Assembly: GCF_937893305.1 (NCBI RefSeq)
Contig: NZ_CALBGN010000018.1
Coordinates: 2,598 to 66,597, forward strand
Direction of reading: 5' to 3'
Length of the DNA: 64,000 nt
Source of the DNA: an uncultured Helicobacter sp.
GTDB lineage: Bacteria; Campylobacterota; Campylobacteria; Campylobacterales; Helicobacteraceae
In this document: piece by piece, positions 42,981-53,499 of the stretch
Layout: each line of letters opens with the position of its first letter
Position numbering within the stretch: position 1 is the first letter of the stretch
The notes under the pieces: model-generated
The model's input: the letters and a program-made list of their open reading frames with translations, nothing else
Database searches by the model: none
Told to the model about the DNA's origin: nothing
Position numbers and translations under genes: made by a program

Positions 42981-43910
42981 GTGGCAACTTATTTAGACTT
43001 TGAAATAAAGATTAAAACACTCCAAGAAAATATCGCAACAGCAAGATTAAAAAACGATGCGCACGCCATTGAGATTTTACAAAAAGATTTAGACAAAGAA
43101 GTTACAAAAGTCTATTCCAATCTCTCTGATTATCAAAAATTACAGCTTGCAAGACATCCTGATCGTCCTTATGCGTTAGATTACATCACTCTGCTTTTAG
43201 AAGAGCCTTTAGAAATTCACGGAGATAGACATTTTAGTGATGATCGCGCCATTGTATGTTACCTTGGCAAAATCGCAGGCGAAAAGGTAATAGTTATTGG
43301 CGAAGAAAAAGGCAGAGGGACAAAAAACAAGCTATATCGCAACTTTGGAATGCCAAATCCAGAAGGTTATCGCAAGGCATTGCGTGTAGCAAAAATGGCA
43401 GAAAAATTTGGAATCCCACTTTTAATGTTTATTGACACCCCGGGTGCATATCCCGGAATTGGTGCAGAAGAACGCGGACAGAGTGAAGCGATTGCTAAAA
43501 ACTTGCAAGAATTTAGCACACTTAAGATTCCAACTATCTCTATTGTAATTGGCGAGGGTGGAAGTGGTGGCGCACTTGCTATTGGTGTAGCAGACAAACT
43601 TGCAATGATGGAATATTCTGTTTTTAGTGTCATCTCCCCAGAGGGTTGTGCGGCGATTTTATGGAATGATCCTGCAAAGATTGAGAACGCAACACAAGCC
43701 TTAAAAATCACACCAGAAGATTTAAAAGAAGCAAATTTAATTGACGCAATTATTAAAGAACCCGGAATTGGCGCGCATAGAGACAAAGAAGGCGCAGCAC
43801 AAGCAATTAAAACATACTTTTTAGAATCCCTAGATTCTATCCGCCAAGATCCCGATTATTTAGACAAACGCTTTAATAAACTGATGAATTACGGAAGTTT
43901 TCAAGCATAA
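42981..43910 (+). CDS. accA: Acetyl-CoA carboxylase carboxyltransferase alpha
   Basis: [33 protein letters not shown]. Confidence 0.97.
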   Translation: MATYLDFEIKIKTLQENIATARLKNDAHAIEILQKDLDKEVTKVYSNLSDYQKLQLARHPDRPYALDYITLLLEEPLEIHGDRHFSDDRAIVCYLGKIAGEKVIVIGEEKGRGTKNKLYRNFGMPNPEGYRKALRVAKMAEKFGIPLLMFIDTPGAYPGIGAEERGQSEAIAKNLQEFSTLKIPTISIVIGEGGSGGALAIGVADKLAMMEYSVFSVISPEGCAAILWNDPAKIENATQALKITPEDLKEANLIDAIIKEPGIGAHRDKEGAAQAIKTYFLESLDSIRQDPDYLDKRFNKLMNYGSFQA

Positions 43911-43928
43911 ATTAAAGATCCAAACACA

Positions 43929-45143
43929 ATGCAAGAAGTCGCAATCATCGGCGGAGGCGCAAGCGGAATCTTTTGTGCAGTTTTGCTTTCTTTACATAAT
44001 ATCCCTATTGTTTTGTTTGAAAAAAACAAAATTCTAGGCAAAAAACTCCTAGCCACAGGTAATGGTCGTTGCAATATCCATAACACAAGCACAGATTCTA
44101 GTTCTTTTCAAAGCACAAGTTTTTTACAAAAAGACTTGCAACATATTTTGCAAAACTACCCATTTAACGCCTTTGTAAAGACCTGTCAATCTCTAGGACT
44201 TCATCTTCACACACAAGAAAATGGTAAAGTCTATCCCCTATCAAACTCCGCGAAATCCGTTTTAGAAGTTTTTACCCACGCTTTAAACAAGAATCCAAAC
44301 TTACAAATCCACTTAAACACCGAGATTACCACTATTACAAAAAGCGATTCTAACTTTTTACTCCATAGCCACAACCACACCGAAAGTTTTAGCACATTAA
44401 TTCTAGCTTGTGGTAGCCAAGCTGCCCCAAAACTAGGCGGTAGCAACAAGGGCGAAATTCTAGCAAAGCAACTTAACTTAAAATATCACCAAGCCTATCC
44501 CGCCCTTGTGCCATTAAATTTGGATTCCACCTTTCTTAGCTCCCTAAGTGGCGTTAAAATCCAAGCCAAACTTACTTTAAAAAACAATGAACAAATCCTA
44601 GCCCAAACACTAGATGATGTGCTTTTTACAAACTATGGAATTTCAGGCTTTGGCGTGCTTGATCTCTCAAGCTTTTTTCAAACACGCCAAAATCTCACCT
44701 TAATGCTTGATTTTTTGCCAAATCTCACGCCAAAAACACTAGAAAACTCCCTACAAAACACGCTGAAAAATAACCCTAAAATCCCATTAGAAACCTTGCT
44801 TAATGGCTTCTTACACCCAAAAATTGCCAAAGCCTTTGCCACACATTTTAACTTTAACCCGAATAACACAAAGCAACTTAAACAATTCCTATTTACCCTT
44901 AAAAATTTCCCTTGTAAAAATCCAAAGTTAAAGGACTTTGAAAGTGCAGAAGTCTGTGGTGGGGGCGTAAGTGGAAAGGAAATCAACCCAAACACAATGG
45001 AATCTAAAAAGCACAAAAACCTTTACATCATCGGTGAAATGCTAGATATTGTAGGTAATCGCGGGGGCTACAACCTTGCATTTGCGTGGGCAAGCGCGAA
45101 AACTTGCACAAATGCTGTGTTAAGCAAATATCGCTTTAAATAG
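43929..45143 (+). CDS. HI0933/BaiN family flavoprotein
   Basis: IIGGGASG, GKKLLATGNGRCN, GEMLD, GGYNLAFAWAS. Confidence 0.9.
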   Translation: MQEVAIIGGGASGIFCAVLLSLHNIPIVLFEKNKILGKKLLATGNGRCNIHNTSTDSSSFQSTSFLQKDLQHILQNYPFNAFVKTCQSLGLHLHTQENGKVYPLSNSAKSVLEVFTHALNKNPNLQIHLNTEITTITKSDSNFLLHSHNHTESFSTLILACGSQAAPKLGGSNKGEILAKQLNLKYHQAYPALVPLNLDSTFLSSLSGVKIQAKLTLKNNEQILAQTLDDVLFTNYGISGFGVLDLSSFFQTRQNLTLMLDFLPNLTPKTLENSLQNTLKNNPKIPLETLLNGFLHPKIAKAFATHFNFNPNNTKQLKQFLFTLKNFPCKNPKLKDFESAEVCGGGVSGKEINPNTMESKKHKNLYIIGEMLDIVGNRGGYNLAFAWASAKTCTNAVLSKYRFK

Positions 45144-46421
45144 CATATCACGCATTGCTTGGAGATTCTGAATCTGCTTTGTGTTGTGAGATATTTTCTC
45201 AAAATATGTTTTTAGATTTACACTTGCTAAAGATTCTTTATCAGGTTTGATTATATGGTAATTAGCTATATCGTTTTTATTAATATGTTGCTGTGCTCCA
45301 CCTGTTTGATTTAAAATAATTTCATCAATATTAAACTTTATCCATAAATACAAAAATTCACTAGAAAAATCATCATTTGGTATAACACCCACAACAGATT
45401 GATTTGCACAAGAATCAATTTCTAGCAAACTTACTTGTCCCAATGTAGCACCTGTTATTGCTATCACAACGCTCCCTTTAGGTAAAAGCTTTGTGCTTGA
45501 TTTTTCAAATCCTAATTTTGTAATAGTTTTTGTTGGCTTAACGATTCTAAATTTATTGATTTCTCCAGAATTAATCCAAGCAATATCGCCTCCCCAATAT
45601 TCACTTTTTGCAGTATTTGGGGTGCCACCTAGTTCTATCCTCACATAATCCCCCAATTTTCCCATTTCCCATTTTCCACTTTTTTGATGAGAGGATGGAG
45701 GGGCTTGAATTGCGAAGTCGCTCCCTCCCCCTCTCAAACTCTCCCCCACCCCGACAACGCTTTTTGGGTTTCTTGGATTGTCTATAAAATAATGGCGAAA
45801 AAGGGTAAGGGCTAGAGATTCTAAAGTTTTGTTTTGTCTATGGAGTAAATCTATCTTATCATCAAAGCTACTTAGAATCTCTGCTATTTTTTGTTGTATT
45901 GTAAGTGGTGGGAGCGGAAATCTGTATTCTCCAATTAATTTTGGAGAGGTATGCTTTACGGAAGTTCCTGTTGCAGAATTGACTATGAAAGCTTGATAAT
46001 TTTTAGTTCTTAGCAACCAATAAATAAAATCTTTACAAATATCACTTCTCAAAAATAGAAGTAATCCAATTCTTTGGTTATGCAAATAAATATGTTCTGA
46101 ATCCTTAGGGATTTTTGCGGAATATCCCAGCGTATCTCCATCTTTGCTTAAATCTGTCATAGTTACAATTATATCGCCTGTGCTAAAGATAAAACTTTTT
46201 GGAATTTCTCCGTTAAAATATTTGAATTTTTGACTTTTAAAACCACCCCCTATGTGAAAATTTCCCGGTGTAACCAAAACATTTGGTGTATGCTCTGTGG
46301 TTATATTTTTTCCTGCAAAAGCGTATCCGTGTTTAACATCAACTATTTCCCCAAGCCTTACTTCCTGCCATTGCTCTTTATGGAGAGATTGTAGAAAGGA
46401 TTGTAAAGGGAGAGATTCCAT
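45120..46421 (-). CDS. hsdS: Type I R-M specificity subunit (detached copy)
   Basis: Two TRDs and a conserved PPL..QQKIAEIL..DDKI helix; start overlaps the ruvB stop. Confidence 0.92.
   Translation of the reverse strand: MESLPLQSFLQSLHKEQWQEVRLGEIVDVKHGYAFAGKNITTEHTPNVLVTPGNFHIGGGFKSQKFKYFNGEIPKSFIFSTGDIIVTMTDLSKDGDTLGYSAKIPKDSEHIYLHNQRIGLLLFLRSDICKDFIYWLLRTKNYQAFIVNSATGTSVKHTSPKLIGEYRFPLPPLTIQQKIAEILSSFDDKIDLLHRQNKTLESLALTLFRHYFIDNPRNPKSVVGVGESLRGGGSDFAIQAPPSSHQKSGKWEMGKLGDYVRIELGGTPNTAKSEYWGGDIAWINSGEINKFRIVKPTKTITKLGFEKSSTKLLPKGSVVIAITGATLGQVSLLEIDSCANQSVVGVIPNDDFSSEFLYLWIKFNIDEIILNQTGGAQQHINKNDIANYHIIKPDKESLASVNLKTYFEKISHNTKQIQNLQAMRDMLFKAIFA
45672..45773. repeat. GC-rich palindromic element inserted in frame in hsdS
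   Basis: 102 bp (34 codons) where the paralog has 4 codons; imperfect stem TGAGAGGATGGAGGG / CCCTCCCCCTCTCA at 45688-45736. Confidence 0.7.
45774..45914 (-). repeat. hsdS central constant region, copy 1
   Basis: 141 bp with 4 mismatches to 52870-53010 by manual alignment. Confidence 0.9.
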
Positions 46422-47422
46422 TAAAATAAACTCCCAGAATCTCTAAAAGAAAAAAGTTCATAAGTTTTTTGCGTAGCGATTCTCCCCCTTGCTGTGCGCT
46501 CTAAAAATCCATTCACTAGCAAATAAGGTTCAATCACATCTTCAATCGTTCCTTCATCTTCGCTCATTGCAGCAGCAAGCGTGCTAAGTCCAATAGGTCG
46601 CCCCCTGCTCTCACAAATAATCTTTAAAAAGCGCAAATCCAGTTCATCAAAGCCGTGTTCATTTACTCCTAGTTCATTGAGTGCATATTGTGTGCGTTCC
46701 TTTGTGATCATCGCTTCTTCTGCAACTTCTGCAAAATCTCTAACGCGCTTTAGCAAACGCAATGCAATGCGTGGCGTGCCTCGTGATCGTTTAGCAATCT
46801 CTAATGCACCTTCTTTTTTACATTCTTTTTGTAATTTAATAGAAGCTAGAGTTACAATTCGCGCAAGCTCATCGTTTTCATAAAACTGCATTCTAAACTG
46901 CATCCCAAAGCGATCGCGCAAGGGATTGCTAATCATTCCAGCTCTTGTTGTTGCTCCAATTAGCGTAAAGCGCGGTAAATCAATCTTTACACTTTGTGCA
47001 GCAGGACCACTTCCAATAATAATATCTAACCTAAAATCTTCCATTGCAGGATATAAAATCTCTTCAATAGCAGGGCTTAAGCGATGGATTTCATCAATAA
47101 ATAAAATCTCTCCTTCATTTAAATTTGTCAAAATCGCCGCTAAATCTCCAGCTTTTTCAATCATCGGTGCAGCAGTTACTTTAATAGAAGTTTGCATTTC
47201 TGCGCTGATAATATGCGCTAATGTTGTCTTACCAAGCCCCGGAGGTCCAAAAAGCAGCAAATGATCCAATACATCTGCACGCTTTTTTGCCGCTTCAATG
47301 AAAACTTGTAAATTCTTTTTTAGTTTCTCTTGTCCAATATAATCGTCCCAACACGATGGGCGAAGCTTGATTTCTTCTTCTCCATCAAGCGACATTTTTT
47401 CAATCTCTACAATGCGTTCCAT
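46421..47422 (-). CDS. ruvB: Holliday junction branch migration helicase
   Basis: [37 protein letters not shown]. Confidence 0.98.
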   Translation of the reverse strand: MERIVEIEKMSLDGEEEIKLRPSCWDDYIGQEKLKKNLQVFIEAAKKRADVLDHLLLFGPPGLGKTTLAHIISAEMQTSIKVTAAPMIEKAGDLAAILTNLNEGEILFIDEIHRLSPAIEEILYPAMEDFRLDIIIGSGPAAQSVKIDLPRFTLIGATTRAGMISNPLRDRFGMQFRMQFYENDELARIVTLASIKLQKECKKEGALEIAKRSRGTPRIALRLLKRVRDFAEVAEEAMITKERTQYALNELGVNEHGFDELDLRFLKIICESRGRPIGLSTLAAAMSEDEGTIEDVIEPYLLVNGFLERTARGRIATQKTYELFSFRDSGSLF

Positions 47423-47430
47423 AACACCCC

Positions 47431-48249
47431 TTAATAACTTTCATTTACACTTGGAAAATCCCCATTTTTCACATCTTTAATATATTTTTGCATTGTTTCT
47501 CTTATAATCTTTGCTCCTTGCAAATACTGACGCACAAACTTTGGCTTAAACTCTTCAAAAAATCCAAAGGCATCACTCCATACAAGCACTTGTCCATCAA
47601 CACTTGCACCACTGCCAATCCCAATAACAGGGATTTGAACACTTTGCGTGATTTGCTCTGCCACTTCTGCGCAAACCCCTTCTAACACAAAGCAAAACAC
47701 CCCCGCATCTTCTAATGCTTTTGCATCTTTTAAAAGCGATTCTAACTCACTTTCTTGCTTGCCCTTTACCTTATAACCGCCCTCTAAACGCACTAATTGT
47801 GGCTTTAAACCAATATGCCCCACAACTGCGATTCCATTTTGCACTAAAAGCTTAATTGTGTCTTTAATTTCTGCTCCGCCTTCAATTTTAACTGCCTGTG
47901 CTTTAGTCTCTTTAAAAACACGCATTGCAGAATCTAGAGTAATTTGTGGCGAAATCGTGCTACCAAATGGCATATCACATACTACAAGACTTGTTTTTGC
48001 TCCATTGCAAACCGCTTTTGTGTGATAAATCATTTGATCTAGCGTCGCACTTAGCGTATCACTCTCACCAAAAAAGCTCATATTTAGGCTATCACCCACT
48101 AAAATCATATCCACTTCTCCATCAAAAATCTTTGAGAAAAGAGCGTCATAAGCCGTTAACATTGTGATTTTTTCTTTGTTTTTTTTGCGTAAAATCTCTG
48201 TTGTTGTAATGGATTTTTTCTGAATTTGCATGCTCATTTTTGCTTCCAT
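47431..48249 (-). CDS. panB: 3-methyl-2-oxobutanoate hydroxymethyltransferase
   Basis: MLTAYD, LVGDS, DMPF, VKIEGG, GHIGL.PQ, DGQVLV. Confidence 0.97.
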   Translation of the reverse strand: MEAKMSMQIQKKSITTTEILRKKNKEKITMLTAYDALFSKIFDGEVDMILVGDSLNMSFFGESDTLSATLDQMIYHTKAVCNGAKTSLVVCDMPFGSTISPQITLDSAMRVFKETKAQAVKIEGGAEIKDTIKLLVQNGIAVVGHIGLKPQLVRLEGGYKVKGKQESELESLLKDAKALEDAGVFCFVLEGVCAEVAEQITQSVQIPVIGIGSGASVDGQVLVWSDAFGFFEEFKPKFVRQYLQGAKIIRETMQKYIKDVKNGDFPSVNESY

Positions 48250-48312
48250 AAAATTTTTTGGCTAATTTTACTACATTTTCATTTTTTGCGGTATAATTTC
48301 GCTCTTACTTTT

Positions 48313-48680
48313 GGGGCTGATTAGAATTTCGACAAGATTTAAATAGCTCTAACTGCATGCCGACTTGTGCTAAGTCGCAAAACTGGCTCTTAAATATAAA
48401 CGCAAACAACGCGAATTACGCTCCAGCTTACGCTAAAGCTGCGTAGGTTTATCTCCTTTTGGAGCTGTTCTTAGTTAAGATTCTAGCTATTTTCTAAGAG
48501 CATCATCAAAGCTAGATGCGCTTTGTGTTACCAAGCATAGAGTTAAGATTTCGGTTGCCTTTGTTTAGAGTTTTTGGGAGTTTTTTAAACGAAGAAAGAT
48601 TTAAAACCCAAGCAAGCATGTAAATCGGTTATTGTGGATTTGAGTTTTGGACTGGGGTTTGATTCCCCACAGCTCCACCA
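48313..48680 (+). ncRNA. ssrA: tmRNA; tag (A)ANNANYAPAYAKAA at 48402-48446
   Basis: 5' GGGGCTGA, 3' GGGGTTCGATTCCCCACAGCTCCACCA, Helicobacter-type tag ORF; TATAAT at 48292-97. Confidence 0.96.
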
Positions 48681-48761
48681 TTAACGACTTTTTAAAACTT
48701 CAAATAACTTCAAAAAAAGCCCTTAAATAGCGTCTTTTATGTCCTTTATTGTTGTAAGTAA

Positions 48762-51700
48762 TTATAACTTATCCTTTGCTTGACTAATCTCTTGTGCGAT
48801 AAGCTCGGCTTGTTTGATGGCATTATCCACGCCTAGTTGTATGCTATTTGGCGGATAGCCGTATTTCTTTAGCACCTTTTTCACCGCAAGTCTAAGCTCT
48901 GCTCTCACACTCTCACGCAAAGTCCAGTCAAGTGTGGCATTCTCTTTAATCGTAAAAAACACTGCTTTGCTTAGCTCACGCAGCTTCTCTACACCCATAA
49001 TCTCTTCTACTTCTTTAAACTCGCTCAATGCTTCATAAAAGGCATATTCATAATCACTCAAATCTAAATCTAGCCTCTTCTTATCACTTGCGATGAGTTC
49101 TTGGCTTAATTCTATAAGCTCTTCAATCACCTGTGCAGCGTCTATGAGTCTATTTTGATATTGTATTAGAATCTGGCGGAGCTTTTCATACAAGCCCTTG
49201 ATTTTTAGCTCTTTTGGGAGTCGCATTTGCAATTCATCATTTAAGAGTTTGCGTAAAGTCTCTAGTGCAATATGTGGATATTTATAATGTCTCATACCCT
49301 CCAAAAACTCATTTGAAAGGATAGAGATATTTTCTGCTTTGATTTGGCTTTTGTCTAGGATATCTATCATACCCTCACTTACTAGCTCTTTATCAATGAT
49401 TTGTTTAATAAGGCTTTGTTTGAGCGCATTATCAGCTTGGGCTTTGGAGTATTCACTCTTTTTAATGCGGTTTTTAAGCAATTCAAAAAAGGCGATTTCT
49501 TTTGAGAGTTTTTGTATCTCATCATTTGGCAGCACCATAATATAGGCTTTAACAAGCCGTGCTACCTCATCTAAAAATCGCTTTTTTAACTCTTCATCAC
49601 TTAGAATCTTGTCTGTGATTTGTGAAAGCAATTCAAGCTTGCCCCTTGTGTCTGCTTGAAAATACTCCATATACTCAAAGCCGTGTAACATTTGCTTTAA
49701 TACTTCGTGCTTCTCATAGACGACTTCTACTAGCTTTTGTTTATCTACAAGGAAGTTTTGAGATTTACCCTGTGTGTAAAACTGCAGGGCTTTTTGGAGT
49801 TCAGCCATAATACCTATATAATCTACAATTAAACCGGAAGGCTTATCTTTATATACGCGATTTACCCTTGCGATTGCTTGCATAAGAGTATGTCCTTTCA
49901 TAGGTTTGTCAATGTAGAGTGTATGCAAGGGCGGTGCGTCAAAGCCTGTTAGCCACTTATCACACACGATAATAAACTCTAAGCAATCATTAATATCATT
50001 TGCCCGATTTGCGATATATCTTTGCTCTTCTTTGCTTGTGTGGAATCTAGTAAGCTTTGCACCATCACTTGCACCTGAAGCGATGATAACTTTTGCCCTG
50101 CCTGTTGTGTAATCATCACTATGCAAACTTGGATCAAGCTCTACTAGCTCATTATACAAATCCACGGCAATTTCTCTACTAGAACACGCTATCATCGCCT
50201 TGCCTTTAAGCTTTTCTTTTCTAGCGTTGAAATGTTCTAAAATGTCTTTGGCAATGTTTTTTAATCGCTCTTTTGCACCGATAATGCCTTGCAGTTTTAA
50301 AAGATCGCCTTGCGTGTTGTCTTTATCAACAGATTCTATAAGCTTTTTGCCCTCTTCGCTTAGATGCAGTTTTGCTAAACGGCTTTCATAGTATAAAGGC
50401 AAGGTTGCACCATCATCTACGGCTTTTTGAAAATCATAAATATCAATATAATCTCCAAATACATTTCGCGTATTTGCATTATCTTTTTCTATGGGTGTGC
50501 CACTAAAGCCCACATAAGTAGCATTAGGCAGAGCATCACGCACATTTTGTGCATAACCATAGGCAAGATCTTCGCCGCGTAGCCTTGCACTAAAGCCATA
50601 TTGTGTGCGGTGGGCTTCATCAGCAATGACAATAATATCTTCCCTTTGACTTAAAAGCTCAAAGCGTTCATTTTCATCTCTAAATTTTTGCATTGTGCTA
50701 AAGATTATGCCACCTTTTCTTTGCTTAAAGATTTCTTTTAAATCCTTTGTGCTTTCACATTGCAAGGGCGTGGTTTGCAAAAGCGCGCTTGACTTTATAA
50801 AGGTATTAAACAACTGATTGTCCAAATCCGTCCTATCTGTGAGTAATAGTAGCGTAGGGTTATTGAGTTCTTTTAAGGCTTTAGCACAGAAAAATACCAT
50901 TGATAGACTTTTACCGCTGCCTTGAGTGTGCCATACTACACCGCCTTTTTTGTTTGTTTCATTACTTTGCATAGCCTTTTTGACACTCTGCATTGCTTTA
51001 TTAACAGCATAGTATTGATGATATGCGGCGATTTTTTTATTGAGTTTAGATTCTTTATAGCCTTGTGCGTCTTGTATATAGCTTTGCTCGTAAATGATAA
51101 AATAGCGTAAAAAATCAAGCAAAACGCAAGGCTTTAATACTTCGCAAATCTCTAAAACAAGCATATCTTTGTTTGACGCACTTTCTTGTCCTTGCCATTT
51201 TAAAAAGCGTGTAAAATCAGCATTCAAACTGCCAAGTTTAGAATCTACCCCATCGCTTATAATACACAACGCATTAGGGATAAAAAGCTCTTTTGCTATC
51301 TCTTTATAGGTTTCTATCTGCAAATACGCCTTATGCAAATCTGCATTTACACCAAGTGGGTTTTTTAGCTCACATAGCACCAAAGGTAACCCATTAACAA
51401 ATACCATAATATCGCATCGCACAGAATCTTGTGTGCTAAAGACAAATTGATTGAGTGCTAAAAGGGCATTATTTTCTACATTGTCAAAGTCTAATAACTC
51501 TAGATTAATACCCCTTTGCTCGTTATTGACTAAGGCTTCTAGGGTAATACCACCTATTAAATATGCGTGCATTTTAGCATTAGCACTCATCAAATCTTCT
51601 TCATCACTTAAAGCTAGAATCTTCTTATACGCTTCAAGGGCTAAATACTCTTTTTGCTCCGCACTTAAAAAGTCATAATTACTTTTAGATTCAAAGTTTA

Positions 51701-51848
51701 TACGCGTAATAGAATCTAAAAATATCTCTTTTAAAATCCATTCATCTTTTTTCCTTGCGACTTCTTTTGCATTTTTGCATTCATAGCCAAGATTCCCCAA
51801 AGTCTCTAAAAATAGCTTCTCTATGCTTTCTTCGTTAAATTTTGACAT
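48762..51848 (-). CDS. hsdR: Type I restriction endonuclease subunit R
   Basis: DIMVFVNGLPLVLCELK nuclease motif, WHTQGSGKS, DEAHRTQY, SGTP, LTGFD, QAIARVNR. Confidence 0.96.
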   Translation of the reverse strand: MSKFNEESIEKLFLETLGNLGYECKNAKEVARKKDEWILKEIFLDSITRINFESKSNYDFLSAEQKEYLALEAYKKILALSDEEDLMSANAKMHAYLIGGITLEALVNNEQRGINLELLDFDNVENNALLALNQFVFSTQDSVRCDIMVFVNGLPLVLCELKNPLGVNADLHKAYLQIETYKEIAKELFIPNALCIISDGVDSKLGSLNADFTRFLKWQGQESASNKDMLVLEICEVLKPCVLLDFLRYFIIYEQSYIQDAQGYKESKLNKKIAAYHQYYAVNKAMQSVKKAMQSNETNKKGGVVWHTQGSGKSLSMVFFCAKALKELNNPTLLLLTDRTDLDNQLFNTFIKSSALLQTTPLQCESTKDLKEIFKQRKGGIIFSTMQKFRDENERFELLSQREDIIVIADEAHRTQYGFSARLRGEDLAYGYAQNVRDALPNATYVGFSGTPIEKDNANTRNVFGDYIDIYDFQKAVDDGATLPLYYESRLAKLHLSEEGKKLIESVDKDNTQGDLLKLQGIIGAKERLKNIAKDILEHFNARKEKLKGKAMIACSSREIAVDLYNELVELDPSLHSDDYTTGRAKVIIASGASDGAKLTRFHTSKEEQRYIANRANDINDCLEFIIVCDKWLTGFDAPPLHTLYIDKPMKGHTLMQAIARVNRVYKDKPSGLIVDYIGIMAELQKALQFYTQGKSQNFLVDKQKLVEVVYEKHEVLKQMLHGFEYMEYFQADTRGKLELLSQITDKILSDEELKKRFLDEVARLVKAYIMVLPNDEIQKLSKEIAFFELLKNRIKKSEYSKAQADNALKQSLIKQIIDKELVSEGMIDILDKSQIKAENISILSNEFLEGMRHYKYPHIALETLRKLLNDELQMRLPKELKIKGLYEKLRQILIQYQNRLIDAAQVIEELIELSQELIASDKKRLDLDLSDYEYAFYEALSEFKEVEEIMGVEKLRELSKAVFFTIKENATLDWTLRESVRAELRLAVKKVLKKYGYPPNSIQLGVDNAIKQAELIAQEISQAKDKL

Positions 51849-51862
51849 TGTTTAGTCCTTTC

Positions 51863-51913
51863 TTATAGTATTGCTTGTATGATAGAGATTTGATTATCAC
51901 TTAATCCGCACAT
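51863..51913 (-). pseudogene. N-terminal stub of a minimal nucleotidyltransferase (MNT) antitoxin
   Basis: ATG overlapping the HEPN gene end encodes MCGLSDNQISIIQAIL*, similar to the MxGL.. starts of HI0073-type MNTs, and stops before the catalytic motifs. Confidence 0.55.
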
Positions 51914-52302
51914 ATAAGATTCTCCAATTTCTCATACACTCCGCATACCAAGGGATAAAAATCATTGAGAATATATGCGAGATTATCATCTAGCCCTTGG
52001 TCTGTGTATGTATGCCTTGTAATATTGCGGATTTCTAAGGCTTGAAGCCACTTTTCACATTCATTTAAAAGCCCATATTCAAATGCCTTTCTTATGCTAT
52101 CTTTGGGACTTTTTATCATAAAACCCTCTGTTTCTAAGAAGTCTTTTATAATTTTCCAGCTAAGTTCAATTAACACTTCAAATCTTTGTATAATTCCCTC
52201 TTTCTCTAAAGTTGAAAAGATTCTGTTTTGATTGTCTTTAATCTCTTTAAGATTTAAAAATGCCTTTTGAAAATGCGAAAATCTTTGCTTTAGCCTCTGC
52301 AT
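51901..52302 (-). CDS. HEPN protein, HI0074 (nucleotidyltransferase substrate-binding) family
   Basis: EGIIQRFE..ELSWK, SPKDSIR.AF, Rx4H motif RNITRH followed by TY. Confidence 0.88.
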   Translation of the reverse strand: MQRLKQRFSHFQKAFLNLKEIKDNQNRIFSTLEKEGIIQRFEVLIELSWKIIKDFLETEGFMIKSPKDSIRKAFEYGLLNECEKWLQALEIRNITRHTYTDQGLDDNLAYILNDFYPLVCGVYEKLENLICAD

Positions 52303-52353
52303 TTATTCCCTTTTTGTTGATTTATTTTATTTTACCTTAGCCCACAAAAACAC

Positions 52354-53499
52354 TTAAGCAAATATTGCCTTTAATAGCACATCACGCATTGCTCGGAGAT
52401 TCTGAATCTGTTTTGAATTATTTTCAATCTTATTTTCAAAATTTGAAATAATTCCGCTAAATTTAAGTATGTCATTTTGATTTGCCTTTATAAATTCAGC
52501 ATTATGCAATCCATCGATAGTAATTTGCGGTTGAGCTGAACCTGAAACAAATGTATCAAAATTATATGACAAGCAATAATATTTCAAATATTCAAATGTT
52601 ATCTCTTTATCTTTTGTTCTTTCTAACACTAAGGAATTGTTAGTTATAAATGATTTTCTTTCCGAAATATTCACCTTGCCAGAAGCTTCACCCCTGCAAG
52701 AAATCAACACCTGCGGTTCATCATAAAGATATTGGTCAAAATACCCTATTTTTCCATTTCCGCCAAACACGGCATAGCCTTGTGGTAGTAAATTTTTAGT
52801 TGGCAAGTTTTTACCATAAACTATTTTTACATAATCGCCAAGTTTGCCTAGCTCCCATTCATCACGCTTTGGATTGTCTATAAAATAATGGCGAAAAAGA
52901 GTAAGGGCTAGAGATTCTAAAGTTTTGTTTTGTCTATGGAGTAAGTCTATCTTATCATCAAAGCTACTTAGAATCTCTGCGATTTTTTGTTGTATTGCAA
53001 GTGGTGGGAGTTGAAAAGTAAAATCACGCAAAACTTCTATTTGCACCCTTTCTCTACCAGAACTACCTGTCATAGACTGAATAGCAACTTCTCTAAGATG
53101 TTTGCTTCGTGCCAAATAATACAAAAAATCTTGATTGCTTGTTCCTGTCTTTTTTCTTAAAACTATAAATTCAGTAGAACCAAAAGCTATTTCATCATCT
53201 TGTAAAAAATCCACAAACGCTGTTTTTCCATTTTCCAAACAAGGTGTAATTCTTGCAAGCAAAGTATCGCCGTTTCTAAATTTAGCCCCACCACTAAAAG
53301 ATTCTATGCTGAAAGAATAAATTTTCTTAGTGTATGGCTCTAAACTATCCATAGAAACCTTTTTATACAAACAATGTTTTTTTAGAGACTCTTTTGGATT
53401 TATCTCCGCCACTTCCCCAAGCCTTACTTTCTGCCATTGTTCTTTATGGAGAGATTGTAGGAAATTCTCACAATGCTGTTCTTTTAGATTCACAATCAT
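52354..53499 (-). CDS. hsdS: Type I R-M specificity subunit
   Basis: TRD1 (ARITPCLENGK, GSTEF), TRD2 (GSAQP), conserved spacer helix; overlaps the hsdM stop. Confidence 0.95.
   Translation of the reverse strand: MIVNLKEQHCENFLQSLHKEQWQKVRLGEVAEINPKESLKKHCLYKKVSMDSLEPYTKKIYSFSIESFSGGAKFRNGDTLLARITPCLENGKTAFVDFLQDDEIAFGSTEFIVLRKKTGTSNQDFLYYLARSKHLREVAIQSMTGSSGRERVQIEVLRDFTFQLPPLAIQQKIAEILSSFDDKIDLLHRQNKTLESLALTLFRHYFIDNPKRDEWELGKLGDYVKIVYGKNLPTKNLLPQGYAVFGGNGKIGYFDQYLYDEPQVLISCRGEASGKVNISERKSFITNNSLVLERTKDKEITFEYLKYYCLSYNFDTFVSGSAQPQITIDGLHNAEFIKANQNDILKFSGIISNFENKIENNSKQIQNLRAMRDVLLKAIFA
52870..53010 (-). repeat. hsdS central constant region, copy 2
   Basis: Near-identical to 45774-45914, same orientation. 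Confidence 0.9.

Noticed and set aside
45120..53499. Invertible hsdS shufflon
   Set aside because: Both hsdS copies are in the same orientation and no site-specific recombinase is present, so inversion is not possible with these repeats
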